Positions 20,727 through 29,613 of a stretch of DNA of 64,000 nucleotides are shown piece after piece. The notes under the pieces are model-generated. The model searched no databases. It was given only the letters and a program-made list of their open reading frames with translations, and was not told the origin of the DNA. This DNA is from an uncultured delta proteobacterium. Its GTDB lineage: Bacteria > Desulfobacterota > Binatia > UBA9968. Every line of letters starts with the position of its first letter. The stretch's first letter is position 1. The stretch is taken from NCBI GenBank assembly GCA_963755715.1, contig CAVWLW010000027.1, positions 264,752 to 328,751 on the forward strand. The letters run 5' to 3'. The position numbers were made by a program, and so were the translations under genes.

Positions 20727-21913
20727 CGCAGCGTGCTGAAGGCCGCGCGTACCTCCTCGGAGAAGATCTGCGGCTCCTCCCAGGCTGCGAAGTGTCCGCC
20801 CTTCTCGGCCTCGTTGAAGTAGACGACGTTGGGGTACGACTCGTCGACCCAGCTACGCGGGCTCCGCCAGATCTCGTCGGGGAACGTCGTGAAGCCGGCC
20901 GGCAGGTTGACCGGCGGGGGCGGGTTGGTGGCCGCCTGAGCTCCGAATCGCCCGTTCTCCCAATACGAGCGCGCCGCCGAGGCCCCGGTGCCCGTCATCC
21001 AGTACAGCGTGATGTTGTCGAGGATGTGATCGCGGGTAAGGCCGCCGGTCGGCTCTCCGTCGACGAAGGCACGGGCGATCTTCACGTAGGAGTCCGTGTC
21101 GTGGTCGAGCAGCCAGGCCGCCAGGGCCACGGGAGAATCGAGCTGCGCGTAGCCGATCGTCTGCGGCCGCGTGGCCATCTCGAGGAAGTAGGCGAACCCG
21201 TCGGCCCTGAAGACATCGAGCTGGGCGGTCGCCGCCTTCTCCTCCTCGGTCTCTGCCGGCAGTCGGGCGGCCAGGACAGTGACGAGCAGGTTCGTGTGGA
21301 TCCCGAGCAGACCCTCGGGCGCCTGGCGTCCCATCTGGTCTGTGACGGAGGCGCCCACGTCGCCGCCCTGAGCTACGTAGCGGGTGTAGCCAAGGCGGCG
21401 CATCAGCTCCGCCCATGCGCCTGCGATGCGGCCCACGTTCCAGCCGAGCTCTCTCGGCTCGCTCGAGAAGCCGTAGCCGGGCAGCGACGGGATCACGAGG
21501 TCGAACGCGTCCTCGGCGCTCCCGCCGTGCGCGGTCGGATCGGTCAGCGGCCCGACGACGTCGAGGAGCTCGATGACCGACCCGGGCCACCCGTGCGTGA
21601 CGATCAGCGGCAGCGCGTTCTCGTGTGGAGACTTGACGTGGATGAAGTGGACGTCGACCCCGTCGATCTCGGTCGTGAACTGCGGGTGGACGTTCAGTCT
21701 CGCTGCGACCCGGCCGACGTCGTACTCGGTGTCCCAATAGCGGGCGAGCTCCTGAATCGTCGCGAGCTGCACGCCCTGCGAGCGGTCTTCCACGAGCTCC
21801 TTGGTGGGCAAGCGGGCCGTGGACAGGCGGTTGCGGAGCTCGGCGAGCTCCTCTTCTGGAAAGTCGACCTGGAAAGGATGGATCTCGGTCGCGGTATCGG
21901 CAGTGCTGCTCAT
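20723..21913 (-). CDS. Epoxide hydrolase (microsomal-type, EHN domain)
   Basis: HGWPGS, PSLPGYGFS, QGGDVG and GGHFAAWEEP motifs. Confidence 0.95.
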   Translation of the reverse strand: MSSTADTATEIHPFQVDFPEEELAELRNRLSTARLPTKELVEDRSQGVQLATIQELARYWDTEYDVGRVAARLNVHPQFTTEIDGVDVHFIHVKSPHENALPLIVTHGWPGSVIELLDVVGPLTDPTAHGGSAEDAFDLVIPSLPGYGFSSEPRELGWNVGRIAGAWAELMRRLGYTRYVAQGGDVGASVTDQMGRQAPEGLLGIHTNLLVTVLAARLPAETEEEKAATAQLDVFRADGFAYFLEMATRPQTIGYAQLDSPVALAAWLLDHDTDSYVKIARAFVDGEPTGGLTRDHILDNITLYWMTGTGASAARSYWENGRFGAQAATNPPPPVNLPAGFTTFPDEIWRSPRSWVDESYPNVVYFNEAEKGGHFAAWEEPQIFSEEVRAAFSTLR

Positions 21914-22017
21914 GATGAACTCCTTTCATCGCGCAGCGGCCTGAAGGCGGCGCGCATCTGAGTCATGAAGATCTCGTGGTCGAGGTCGACTTGGATGGAA
22001 CGGATCTCGGTTGCCAT
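21910..22017 (-). CDS. 35-aa peptide resembling fused N- and C-termini of epoxide hydrolase
   Basis: GAGGAGG RBS; MATEIRSIQVDLDHEIFMTQMRAAFRPLRDERSSS*; stop overlaps the hydrolase ATG (ATGA). Confidence 0.6.
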   Translation of the reverse strand: MATEIRSIQVDLDHEIFMTQMRAAFRPLRDERSSS

Positions 22018-22111
22018 CTCGAGCCTCCTCAGTCGTCTAGAGGACGCAGCGAAGATCCGAGGATGACTCTCTCATAGCGGTGGCCATCGGTCAACGCCGT
22101 TCAGGAGCTAC

Positions 22112-23650
22112 TTGTGCCACGGTAGTACCGTCTACATGAGTTTCTTGACCGACGACTCGGACAGTCGTCTCGTGCGCGATTGGGGTCAGCATCGACGTCC
22201 GCCCCGCCGCTGGCCGCCGAGATGGGCTTGGTTGGTGCTCGCCGTCTCGACAGTGGCTGCGCTCGGCCTCGCGGTCTGGCTCCTGCACGGCTCCCAGGCG
22301 TGGCGGCCGCCGAGCGGCATGCCGCGCTTCGTCTCCTGCACCTACGGCGGCTATGTCGACGGACGGTGCGCCCGCCTGCGCGTTGCGTTGGACCCGCGCA
22401 AGCCGCACGGCGCGACGATTTCCCTGCGAATCGCGGTGCTGCCGGCGACAAAGCGGCCGGCGGACGGAGCGCTGTTCTACCTCGAGGGCGGCCCGGGCGG
22501 TGCCGCGACCGCGTCGGCGATACGCGTGAACGCCTTGTTTGCCGAAGTCGGGCGAGACCGCGATCTCGTCATGGTCGACCAGCGCGGCACAGGCGGCTCG
22601 AGCCGTCTTGCCTGCCCCTACTCGTATGTGCGCGGAGCGGATGCGAAGGCCGTAACCGATTACCTGCGCCGGTGCTTAGCCCGGCTCGATACAGATCCGC
22701 GGCTCTTCACGACGAGCGTCGCCGCAAAAGACCTGGAGACCGTGCGGCGCGTGCTCGGGTACGGGAAGATCGACCTGTACGGAGGTTCGTACGGCGCGAC
22801 GCTTGCGCAGGCGTACGTGCGCCGATACCCGGAGTCGGTGCGCAGTGTCGTCCTCGACAGCGGGTCGCTCCCGGACGTCCGGATCTTCGACGTCTCTGCC
22901 CGTAACACAGAACGGGCTCTCGAGGCGCAACTCGCCCGGTGCGCGGCCGCGCCGTCCTGCAAGCACGCCTACCCCCGCTCGAGGCGGCAGCTCGCCGAAT
23001 TGCTCGCCCGCCCGCCGCGCCTCGCCAACGCCGCCACGCGCAGGGTGTTGCTTGGCCCGGACCAAATCGCCTGGACGGTGGAGTGGCTATCCGAGACGGC
23101 CGACAACGCCGCGCTCATCCCCTTCGCGGTGAACGCCGCAGCGAAGGGCGACTACACGACGCTCGCCACAACGTACGCCGACCAACTTGGCGGGTCGAAC
23201 CTCGATCCGCTCGCCCGGCTCGTGCCCTACTGGGTGATCCTCTGCTCAGAGCCGTGGGCTGGGTTCGATCCGGGGGCGACGGCGCGTGCCGGGAGGGGGA
23301 GCTACTTCGCCCGGGCGGCGATCGCGCGTGCTCGGCTCTTCCGCCGCGCCTGCCGGGTCGTCCCCAAGGGACGCGTTCCACCCGACGCGGACAGCCTCCG
23401 AGTCGTGCGCGCGCCGACTCTGCTGCTGGCCGGCAGCGCAGATCCCCTCGACCCGACCGCGAACCTTCGGGGCTGGCGCCGGGTCTTTCCAAACGGCCGC
23501 CTGATCGTCGTGCCCGGCGCCGGCCATGGCACGATCGAATATGCCTGCGTCCAGAAGCTCGTCGCGCGCTTCGTCGATCGCGGCAGCCCGAGAGGCCTCA
23601 ACGCGGAGTGCGGCCGGCACGTCTCGCTACCTCAATTCGTGACGGGTTGA
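22112..23650 (+). CDS. TAP-like alpha/beta hydrolase (membrane-anchored peptidase); start uncertain
   Basis: EGGPGG, DQRGTG, GGSYG, ADPLDP and GAGHG motifs; N-terminal TM helix. Confidence 0.88.
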   Translation: MCHGSTVYMSFLTDDSDSRLVRDWGQHRRPPRRWPPRWAWLVLAVSTVAALGLAVWLLHGSQAWRPPSGMPRFVSCTYGGYVDGRCARLRVALDPRKPHGATISLRIAVLPATKRPADGALFYLEGGPGGAATASAIRVNALFAEVGRDRDLVMVDQRGTGGSSRLACPYSYVRGADAKAVTDYLRRCLARLDTDPRLFTTSVAAKDLETVRRVLGYGKIDLYGGSYGATLAQAYVRRYPESVRSVVLDSGSLPDVRIFDVSARNTERALEAQLARCAAAPSCKHAYPRSRRQLAELLARPPRLANAATRRVLLGPDQIAWTVEWLSETADNAALIPFAVNAAAKGDYTTLATTYADQLGGSNLDPLARLVPYWVILCSEPWAGFDPGATARAGRGSYFARAAIARARLFRRACRVVPKGRVPPDADSLRVVRAPTLLLAGSADPLDPTANLRGWRRVFPNGRLIVVPGAGHGTIEYACVQKLVARFVDRGSPRGLNAECGRHVSLPQFVTG

Positions 23651-23763
23651 GCACGCGTCGTACGTCCGGAACCGTGTCACGGATCCGCATTCCATAACGG
23701 CTTGCCGATAGCGCGTGGCCCGAAGGCGTACGTGTGCGCCACGTCCGTCATCATGAGTCGCGT

Positions 23764-24685
23764 ATGAGCAAGCCGCGCATCTTCCTCGGGTCGTCGGGCA
23801 AGCAGGCGAAGCTGCTCCAGGCGATCACGCGCGGGCTCGCGGACGTCGCCGACGTCGAGCCCTGGACGACCACGTTCAACCCGGGGCGATCGACCCTCGA
23901 CCGGCTGGTCGAGCTCTCCCAGGAGGTCGATTTCGCCGCCTTCGTCTTTGCCCAGGACGACTGGACGGCGACGGATGCATCCCCGTCCGGCGAGGCGGCG
24001 CCGCGGGACAACGTGGTGTTCGAGGCCGGGCTGTTCGGCGGGGCACTCGGCATCCGGCGCACGTTCATCCTCCACGCGAACGGGTCGAAGCTGCCGACTG
24101 ACCTGCTCGGGCTGACCTCCGTCCGCTACGACCCGGCCACCAGCGCCGCGGAGGTTCGCGCCGATCAACCAGAAGCTCCGCAAGGCGATCGAAACCGAGG
24201 GTCGCCGCGGCCCGGTCGAGGGGCTGTGGTGGCAGCTCTCGCTCACCGTGCGGACCGAGGAAGAACCGTCGGCGGTGAGCCTGCTGAGCATCTCGCGCGA
24301 CCGCGACGGTGACCTGAACGTGAACGGCCGGGGCTGGCAGGAGGACGGCATGCTGTCGGTCCGCTACTGGAGCGTGGCTGCGAAGGAGCGCAGGGATCCC
24401 GCCGGCGTCTTCTACTACTGGAACGGCGAGCGCCCTCGGCATCCGAACGCCCCGCAGCTCGAGGGCACGGGGGAGATCAGAGTGGAGAGCGTCGACCGCG
24501 CCACGGGGTTCTGGACCACGCGGTCGGATCGCGAGCCCGGGCTGAATGCCCGCACCTCCGGCGTCTACCTTCGAGCCGACCCGTCAGACCTCCAGGTGCT
24601 GGACAGCGGGAGCGCGGAGGAGCGGGCCGACCTCATCGCGCAGCGGCTCGGCGAGTGGAAGTCGGCCGCGAACGACATGTTCTGA
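23764..24685 (+). CDS. TIR-like (CAP12/Pycsar-effector type) domain + beta-rich C-terminal domain; frameshift near 24160
   Basis: KPRIFLGSS, DFAAFVFAQDD, PRDNVVFEAGLFGGALG and KLPTDLLGLT; continues INQKLRKAIETEGRRGPVEGLWWQ in the next frame. Confidence 0.85.
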
Positions 24686-24698
24686 AGTCTGGGTGACG

Positions 24699-25130
24699 CT
24701 ACCGGCGTTCTCCCGCTGAGGGCTCGGAAATCGCTTCGACGAGCTGAGCGGTCTTGTCGTTGTCCTTGAGGGCGATGTCGGCCTGGGCGACGATGCCGAC
24801 GAGCCTGCCGTTCTCGACCACGGGCAGCCGCCGAACCTGGTGGCGGGCCATGAGTTGGAGCGCTTCATCGAGATCCTCGTCGGGCTCAACGCTGACGAGG
24901 TCCCGGGAGTAGACGTCCTCGACCGACATCGACGTGGGATCCGCGGCCTCGGCGACCACTCTCGTCGTGATGTCTCGGTCGGTGATCATCCCGACGAGCT
25001 TCTCGTCGTCGGTTATCGGGAGCGAGCCGATGTCTTCCTCTCGCATCAGTCGCGCGGCCTCGACCACCGAGGTCGATGCGCCGATCGAACGGGGATTCTC
25101 GGTCATTGCGTCGCGCACGCTCTTAGCCAT
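24699..25130 (-). CDS. CBS domain pair protein
   Basis: IGSLPI, LVGMITDRDI, VRRLPVV and LVGIVAQADI motifs. Confidence 0.93.
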   Translation of the reverse strand: MAKSVRDAMTENPRSIGASTSVVEAARLMREEDIGSLPITDDEKLVGMITDRDITTRVVAEAADPTSMSVEDVYSRDLVSVEPDEDLDEALQLMARHQVRRLPVVENGRLVGIVAQADIALKDNDKTAQLVEAISEPSAGERR

Positions 25131-25171
25131 CGTGCCTCCTCTTCCTTTTGAATGCGATCGGAAAGCCTAGG

Positions 25172-26758
25172 TCACGAATCGGGATTGGCACCCTGGATGA
25201 TGATGTTGCTGCCGGGGCCACCGTCGAGCGTGTCGGTACCCGGACCCCCGATCAGCACGTCGTCGCCGTTGCCGCCGAGGATGACATCGTTGCCGTCGCC
25301 GCCGAGGAGCACGTCGTCGCCGTCGCCGCCGTCGAGCGTGAGCAGCATGGCAGTGGCGACCACGCTGGTCCCGTCGACGACGTCGTCCCCCGCCTGCCCG
25401 TTCACTCTCAGCCGGTCGCTGCCGGCGGTGCCGCCGGACACCGAGACGAGCGCGGCGAGCCCGGCGACCTGCGTGGTGGCCGGTGTGCCCGCGACGGTCG
25501 CTACGTCGTCGCCGGCCGTCCCGTTGACGATCACGTTGTCGGCCGCTGCGTCATCGCCGCCCACGGCCGAGGCGAGGTTGGCGTTCACGTTCGTCACGTC
25601 CGTTCCCGAAAGATCGCCGACGCTGACGATGTCTGCACCGCCGAGCAACTTCGCGCTGACGGTCTCGACATCGTTGATGTCCATGAGCGTGTTGTTGACG
25701 TTGCGCGTCACGCGAACGCGCGGGCCGTTGGCCGAGACGGCAACGGTCTCGTTCGAGTTGCTGGCGTTGAAGATCAGAGTGTCGAAGTCGTCCTGCCCCT
25801 CGACGGTGTCGTTGCCGTCGCCCGGATCCCACTGGAAACTGTCGTCGCCCGTGCCCAGGAACGCGGTGTCGTTGCCCTTCTGGCCGTCGACGAAGTCGTC
25901 TCCGTCGCCACCAAGCAGCGTGTCGGCGCCGTTGCTGCCGGAAATCGTGTCGTTCCCGATTCCGCCGTCGACCGTGATCTGAATCAACGCCGCCAGGTTT
26001 CCGCTGGCCGAGAAGAAGTCGTCGCCGCCGTTCATGTTGAGGACGAGTTTCTCGCTCGTACCGATATCGATGCTGAAGGGCGCCGGGGTGACGCGGTCGA
26101 AACGGACGCGAGTGCCGTTCGCAGTGGTGGTGAAGACTTCCATCCCGTTCCCTCCGTTCACCTCGACCGTGTCGACGACGTCGCCGCCTTCGTTCAGGTC
26201 GGTGTCGTCGCCGGGGTTCCAGATCATCCGGTCGCTGCCGCCCTGGCCGAAGACCTGGTCGTCGGCATCACCGCCTACGAGCGTGTCGTTCTCGCTGCCG
26301 CCGAAAAGCATGTCGAAGCCGCCCTTGCCGAGGAGTGTGTCATTCCCGCCCTCGCCGTAGAGCAGGTCGTTCCCCGAGCCGCCGGTAAGCGTGTCGTTGT
26401 TGGCGCCGCCGAACAGGCGCGCCTGCGGCAGCGCCCCGTTGACCTCGCTCAGCGTGATCACGTCGTCGCCGGCGAGCCCGAAGACCTGGACCCTGATGGT
26501 GTTGGCCACGGTCGGCGTCCCTCCGGTCACCGGGATCGCCCCGCCGTTCACCAGGATTCTTCCCGCGGCATCGCGGCTGAGAACGATCGAGTTGCCGGCG
26601 CTGTCGCCGGTCACGGTCAGGATTCCGGAGCTGAATGTGGCTGTCGTAGCCGCGCTCGCTGAAGCGGCCGTCCCGAGAAACACGGCGGCGCCGAGCGCGA
26701 CGCCCACGAGCAAACGCCGTCCCGCCCGTCGCGGGACGCTGTTCCGTCCGTTCTTCAT
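25172..26758 (-). CDS. Secreted calcium-binding protein with RTX/hemolysin-type GGxGxD repeats
   Basis: Signal peptide ending ASASA; many GGxGND/GGDGDD nonapeptides; duplicated WNPGD/WDPGD modules. Confidence 0.88.
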   Translation of the reverse strand: MKNGRNSVPRRAGRRLLVGVALGAAVFLGTAASASAATTATFSSGILTVTGDSAGNSIVLSRDAAGRILVNGGAIPVTGGTPTVANTIRVQVFGLAGDDVITLSEVNGALPQARLFGGANNDTLTGGSGNDLLYGEGGNDTLLGKGGFDMLFGGSENDTLVGGDADDQVFGQGGSDRMIWNPGDDTDLNEGGDVVDTVEVNGGNGMEVFTTTANGTRVRFDRVTPAPFSIDIGTSEKLVLNMNGGDDFFSASGNLAALIQITVDGGIGNDTISGSNGADTLLGGDGDDFVDGQKGNDTAFLGTGDDSFQWDPGDGNDTVEGQDDFDTLIFNASNSNETVAVSANGPRVRVTRNVNNTLMDINDVETVSAKLLGGADIVSVGDLSGTDVTNVNANLASAVGGDDAAADNVIVNGTAGDDVATVAGTPATTQVAGLAALVSVSGGTAGSDRLRVNGQAGDDVVDGTSVVATAMLLTLDGGDGDDVLLGGDGNDVILGGNGDDVLIGGPGTDTLDGGPGSNIIIQGANPDS

Positions 26759-26769
26759 CGTGCGTCCTC

Positions 26770-28194
26770 CTAGCGGTGAGCCGGGGTCAGTGAAGCCAAG
26801 TCTGGCCCTCCCGAGCACGTGCCGTCAAGACCCAGCTCAATTCTCGGCGGCGAAGCGGTCGTGCGCCTAAAGAAGGCCCACGCGACGAGCGCGCCGCAGG
26901 CGTAGCCGGTCGCTGACGCCGCGGCGGCACCCGCGGCGCCGAACGCGATGACGAGTGGGACGGCCGCGGCGAGCGTGACGAGCATCGCAACGCCGCCGGC
27001 AGCGAGCGACAAGCCGGCGCGCCCACGCCGCACGGAGAGGTAGACGACGAAGACCTGGACCGGCGCATAGGCGACGGCGCCTGGCAGGAGCAAAAGGAGC
27101 GGGGTCGCCGCGTTCCTGAAGTCGCCTCCAAGCGTTGCGGGGATCACGAACGGGGCCGCGACCGCGACCGCGCCTGCCGCGAGGCCCGTGTAGAGCAGGC
27201 TCCTCAGGAGCGACCGTTTGACGAGCGCGACCGCCTCGCGCTCGCCGGCCCGCACGACCGGAGCCGTGATCGCCGTCGCCATCGCGGCCGAAATCAGCCA
27301 CATCGACTCGGCTGTCTGGTTCGCGATCGAGTACACGCCGACCGCAGCGACGCCCTTGATCGCCTCGAGCACGAAGAGCTCGATCCGGTACCCGATGAGC
27401 GCGATCACCTGGAGCGCTCCCATTGTCAGCGCAAGGCGGATTAGTCCCTGTGACACCGAGTCGAGGAGTCGCGCGAAGCGGAACGGCCGCCATATGTCAC
27501 GCGTCAAGACGAGTGCGAGTAGAGCCGTCACGACGTGCGCGCACGTCCAAGCGGCCAGGGCTGCGCGCACGCCTCCGCCCAGCCCGACGACGAGGACCAG
27601 CGTGCCGATGACGGTCAGCAGCGGCGATGCGAGCTGGACGTAATTCCACGCGCGAATTCGGCCGAGCCCGAGCAGGATTCCGGAGGCCGTCTGCCACGTC
27701 ACGTTGGGAACGAGACCGACCGCCGCCACTGCCGCGGTCGCCGCGCCTACGGACGGTGTGAGAGCGCCGATGCCGACGATCAGCACGCCGCCGGCGACTC
27801 CGAGAACGACAGCGAGCCCGAACGCGCGCTGTGTGAGCGAGTGCAACTCGCGCGGCTCGTCCCACTCCGTGTGGCCCATGCGATTCGCGACCGCGACTCC
27901 GAGCTGGCTGAGGAGCCTCGAAAAGATCGACACCGTGAGGACGGCGAGCACGAACGTGCCGCGCCCCTCGGCCTCGAGGAAGCGACTCTGGAGGACCACG
28001 AGGAACAGCGCGAGGGGCGTCGAGAGTCCGCGGAAGAGCAGGATCTCCACGACGTTCGCGCCGGTCTTGCGGGCTTGAGGGACCTGCTTCGCCCGCACCA
28101 ACTCGGGATTGACAGGCGGCGTCGCAGACGCGGCGGCCTCGTTCGAGGTCGCGTCCGTCGCGAGCGGGACGGTCGCAGGCCCGAGCGGTCTCAC
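26770..28194 (-). CDS. Oligosaccharide flippase (Wzx/MATE-like); start uncertain
   Basis: About 12-14 hydrophobic segments; LEAEGRGTF and AAVGVYSIA motifs. Confidence 0.8.
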   Translation of the reverse strand: MRPLGPATVPLATDATSNEAAASATPPVNPELVRAKQVPQARKTGANVVEILLFRGLSTPLALFLVVLQSRFLEAEGRGTFVLAVLTVSIFSRLLSQLGVAVANRMGHTEWDEPRELHSLTQRAFGLAVVLGVAGGVLIVGIGALTPSVGAATAAVAAVGLVPNVTWQTASGILLGLGRIRAWNYVQLASPLLTVIGTLVLVVGLGGGVRAALAAWTCAHVVTALLALVLTRDIWRPFRFARLLDSVSQGLIRLALTMGALQVIALIGYRIELFVLEAIKGVAAVGVYSIANQTAESMWLISAAMATAITAPVVRAGEREAVALVKRSLLRSLLYTGLAAGAVAVAAPFVIPATLGGDFRNAATPLLLLLPGAVAYAPVQVFVVYLSVRRGRAGLSLAAGGVAMLVTLAAAVPLVIAFGAAGAAAASATGYACGALVAWAFFRRTTASPPRIELGLDGTCSGGPDLASLTPAHR

Positions 28195-28317
28195 GCGCGC
28201 AAACTATGGCCCGCCCAGGCAGCACGTGCACGAAGTAGAACGCGTCGTCGAGTACGAGCTCGAAACGGGGCGAGCCTATAGGCTTCGCGCGGCGCCCCAC
28301 TCGGAGGGAGATGCGGT

Positions 28318-29064
28318 ATGGCGACGTCGGATATGGCAGGTCAGGTCGCCCTCGTCACGGGTGGAATTCGGGGGATCGGCCTTTCCATCTGCGCGCGGCT
28401 GATCGGGCGAGGCGTACGTGTCGCCGCGGGTTACTCGCGCAATGAGGAATCGGCGAGGATGTTCCTCGACACCCACGGCGATACGGGCGCGACAGTCCAC
28501 CAGGGCAATATCGGCGTCTACGAGGACTGCGAGCGCGTCGTCCGCGAGGTGATCGAGCAGCACGGCCGGCTCGACATCCTGGTCAACAACGCCGGGATCA
28601 CGATGGACAAGACCGTCCGCAAGATGGCACCCGAGGAGTGGAGTCACGTGATCGAGGTCAACCTCAACGGCGCCTTCTACATGTCCCGGTCCGTGCTCTC
28701 GCAGATGATCGACCAGGGCTACGGTCGCATCATCCACATCAGCTCGGTGATCGGTGAGACCGGGAGCATCGGGCAGGCGAACTACGCGGCGGCAAAGTCA
28801 GGTCTATTCGGCTTCACGATGAGCCTCGCACTCGAATGCGCGAACAAGGGCATCACCGTCAACTGCGTGGCACCCGGCTTCATCAAGACTGCGATGGTCG
28901 CCGCCGTACCCAAGGACCTGCTCGACCGAGTCATCGCGCAGATTCCGACCGGTCGGCTCGGGGAGCCGGACGAGGTGGCGCGCGTGGTCGAGTTTCTCGC
29001 CGATCCCGAGTCGAGCTACATCACCGGCCAGGCATACTCGGTCAACGGTGGACTGAACATGTGA
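28318..29064 (+). CDS. phaB: Acetoacetyl-CoA reductase (SDR)
   Basis: TGGIRGIG, NNAGITMDK and GQANYAAAK motifs, NGGLNM end; clustered with phaC. Confidence 0.85.
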   Translation: MATSDMAGQVALVTGGIRGIGLSICARLIGRGVRVAAGYSRNEESARMFLDTHGDTGATVHQGNIGVYEDCERVVREVIEQHGRLDILVNNAGITMDKTVRKMAPEEWSHVIEVNLNGAFYMSRSVLSQMIDQGYGRIIHISSVIGETGSIGQANYAAAKSGLFGFTMSLALECANKGITVNCVAPGFIKTAMVAAVPKDLLDRVIAQIPTGRLGEPDEVARVVEFLADPESSYITGQAYSVNGGLNM

Positions 29065-29127
29065 CACTTCGCCTCGCCTCACGCCGGCGATCGCGAACCT
29101 GCGAGCGACGTCAAGGAGGCGAGAGCC

Positions 29128-29613
29128 ACGACACGAGAGCCGATCGAGAAAAATAGCCTGGCGGGCACCGTCGTCGACATCGGCGACCTGGCGAGCCTCG
29201 CCGGCCGCCACCTAGGCACGAGCAGCTGGCACGTGATCACCCAGGATCAGGTCGACCGCTTCGCGGAGGCGACCGGTGACCGCCAGTGGATCCACGTCGA
29301 CCGCCAGCGTGCGATGACGGGACCGTTCGAGGGCACGATCGCCCACGGCTACCTGACGCTCTCGCTCGGGCCCGCCCTGCTCGACGAGGTGATCAACGTC
29401 GTCGGGGCTACGCGGATCATCAACTACGGTCTCAACAAGGTGCGTTTCCCGGCGCCGGTCATGACCGGTTCGCGCGTTCGGCTCGGAGCGGGACTGCGCG
29501 AGGTGGACGAGGTCCCCGGCGGACTGCAGGCGGCGTTCGAGCTCACGTTCGCCACCGAGGGGCGGGAGAAGCCGGCCTGCTACGCCGAAGCCCTCTTCCG
29601 CTACTACAGGTGA
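29128..29613 (+). CDS. MaoC-family dehydratase (putative PhaJ-type R-specific enoyl-CoA hydratase)
   Basis: FAEATGDRQWIHVD, TIAHGYLTLS and NYGLNKVRF motifs; AAGGAGG RBS precedes an in-frame ACG at 29128. Confidence 0.85.
   Translation, partial: TTREPIEKNSLAGTVVDIGDLASLAGRHLGTSSWHVITQDQVDRFAEATGDRQWIHVDRQRAMTGPFEGTIAHGYLTLSLGPALLDEVINVVGATRIINYGLNKVRFPAPVMTGSRVRLGAGLREVDEVPGGLQAAFELTFATEGREKPACYAEALFRYYR

Noticed and set aside
8555-24685. Pycsar-like pairing of the class III cyclase with the TIR effector
   Set aside because: They are 14 kb apart on opposite sides of the probable chimeric junction, and the cyclase belongs to a two-component operon.
25172-26758. RTX toxin / type I secretion system
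   Set aside because: Only calcium-binding repeats and an N-terminal signal peptide are present; there is no toxin domain or T1SS gene.
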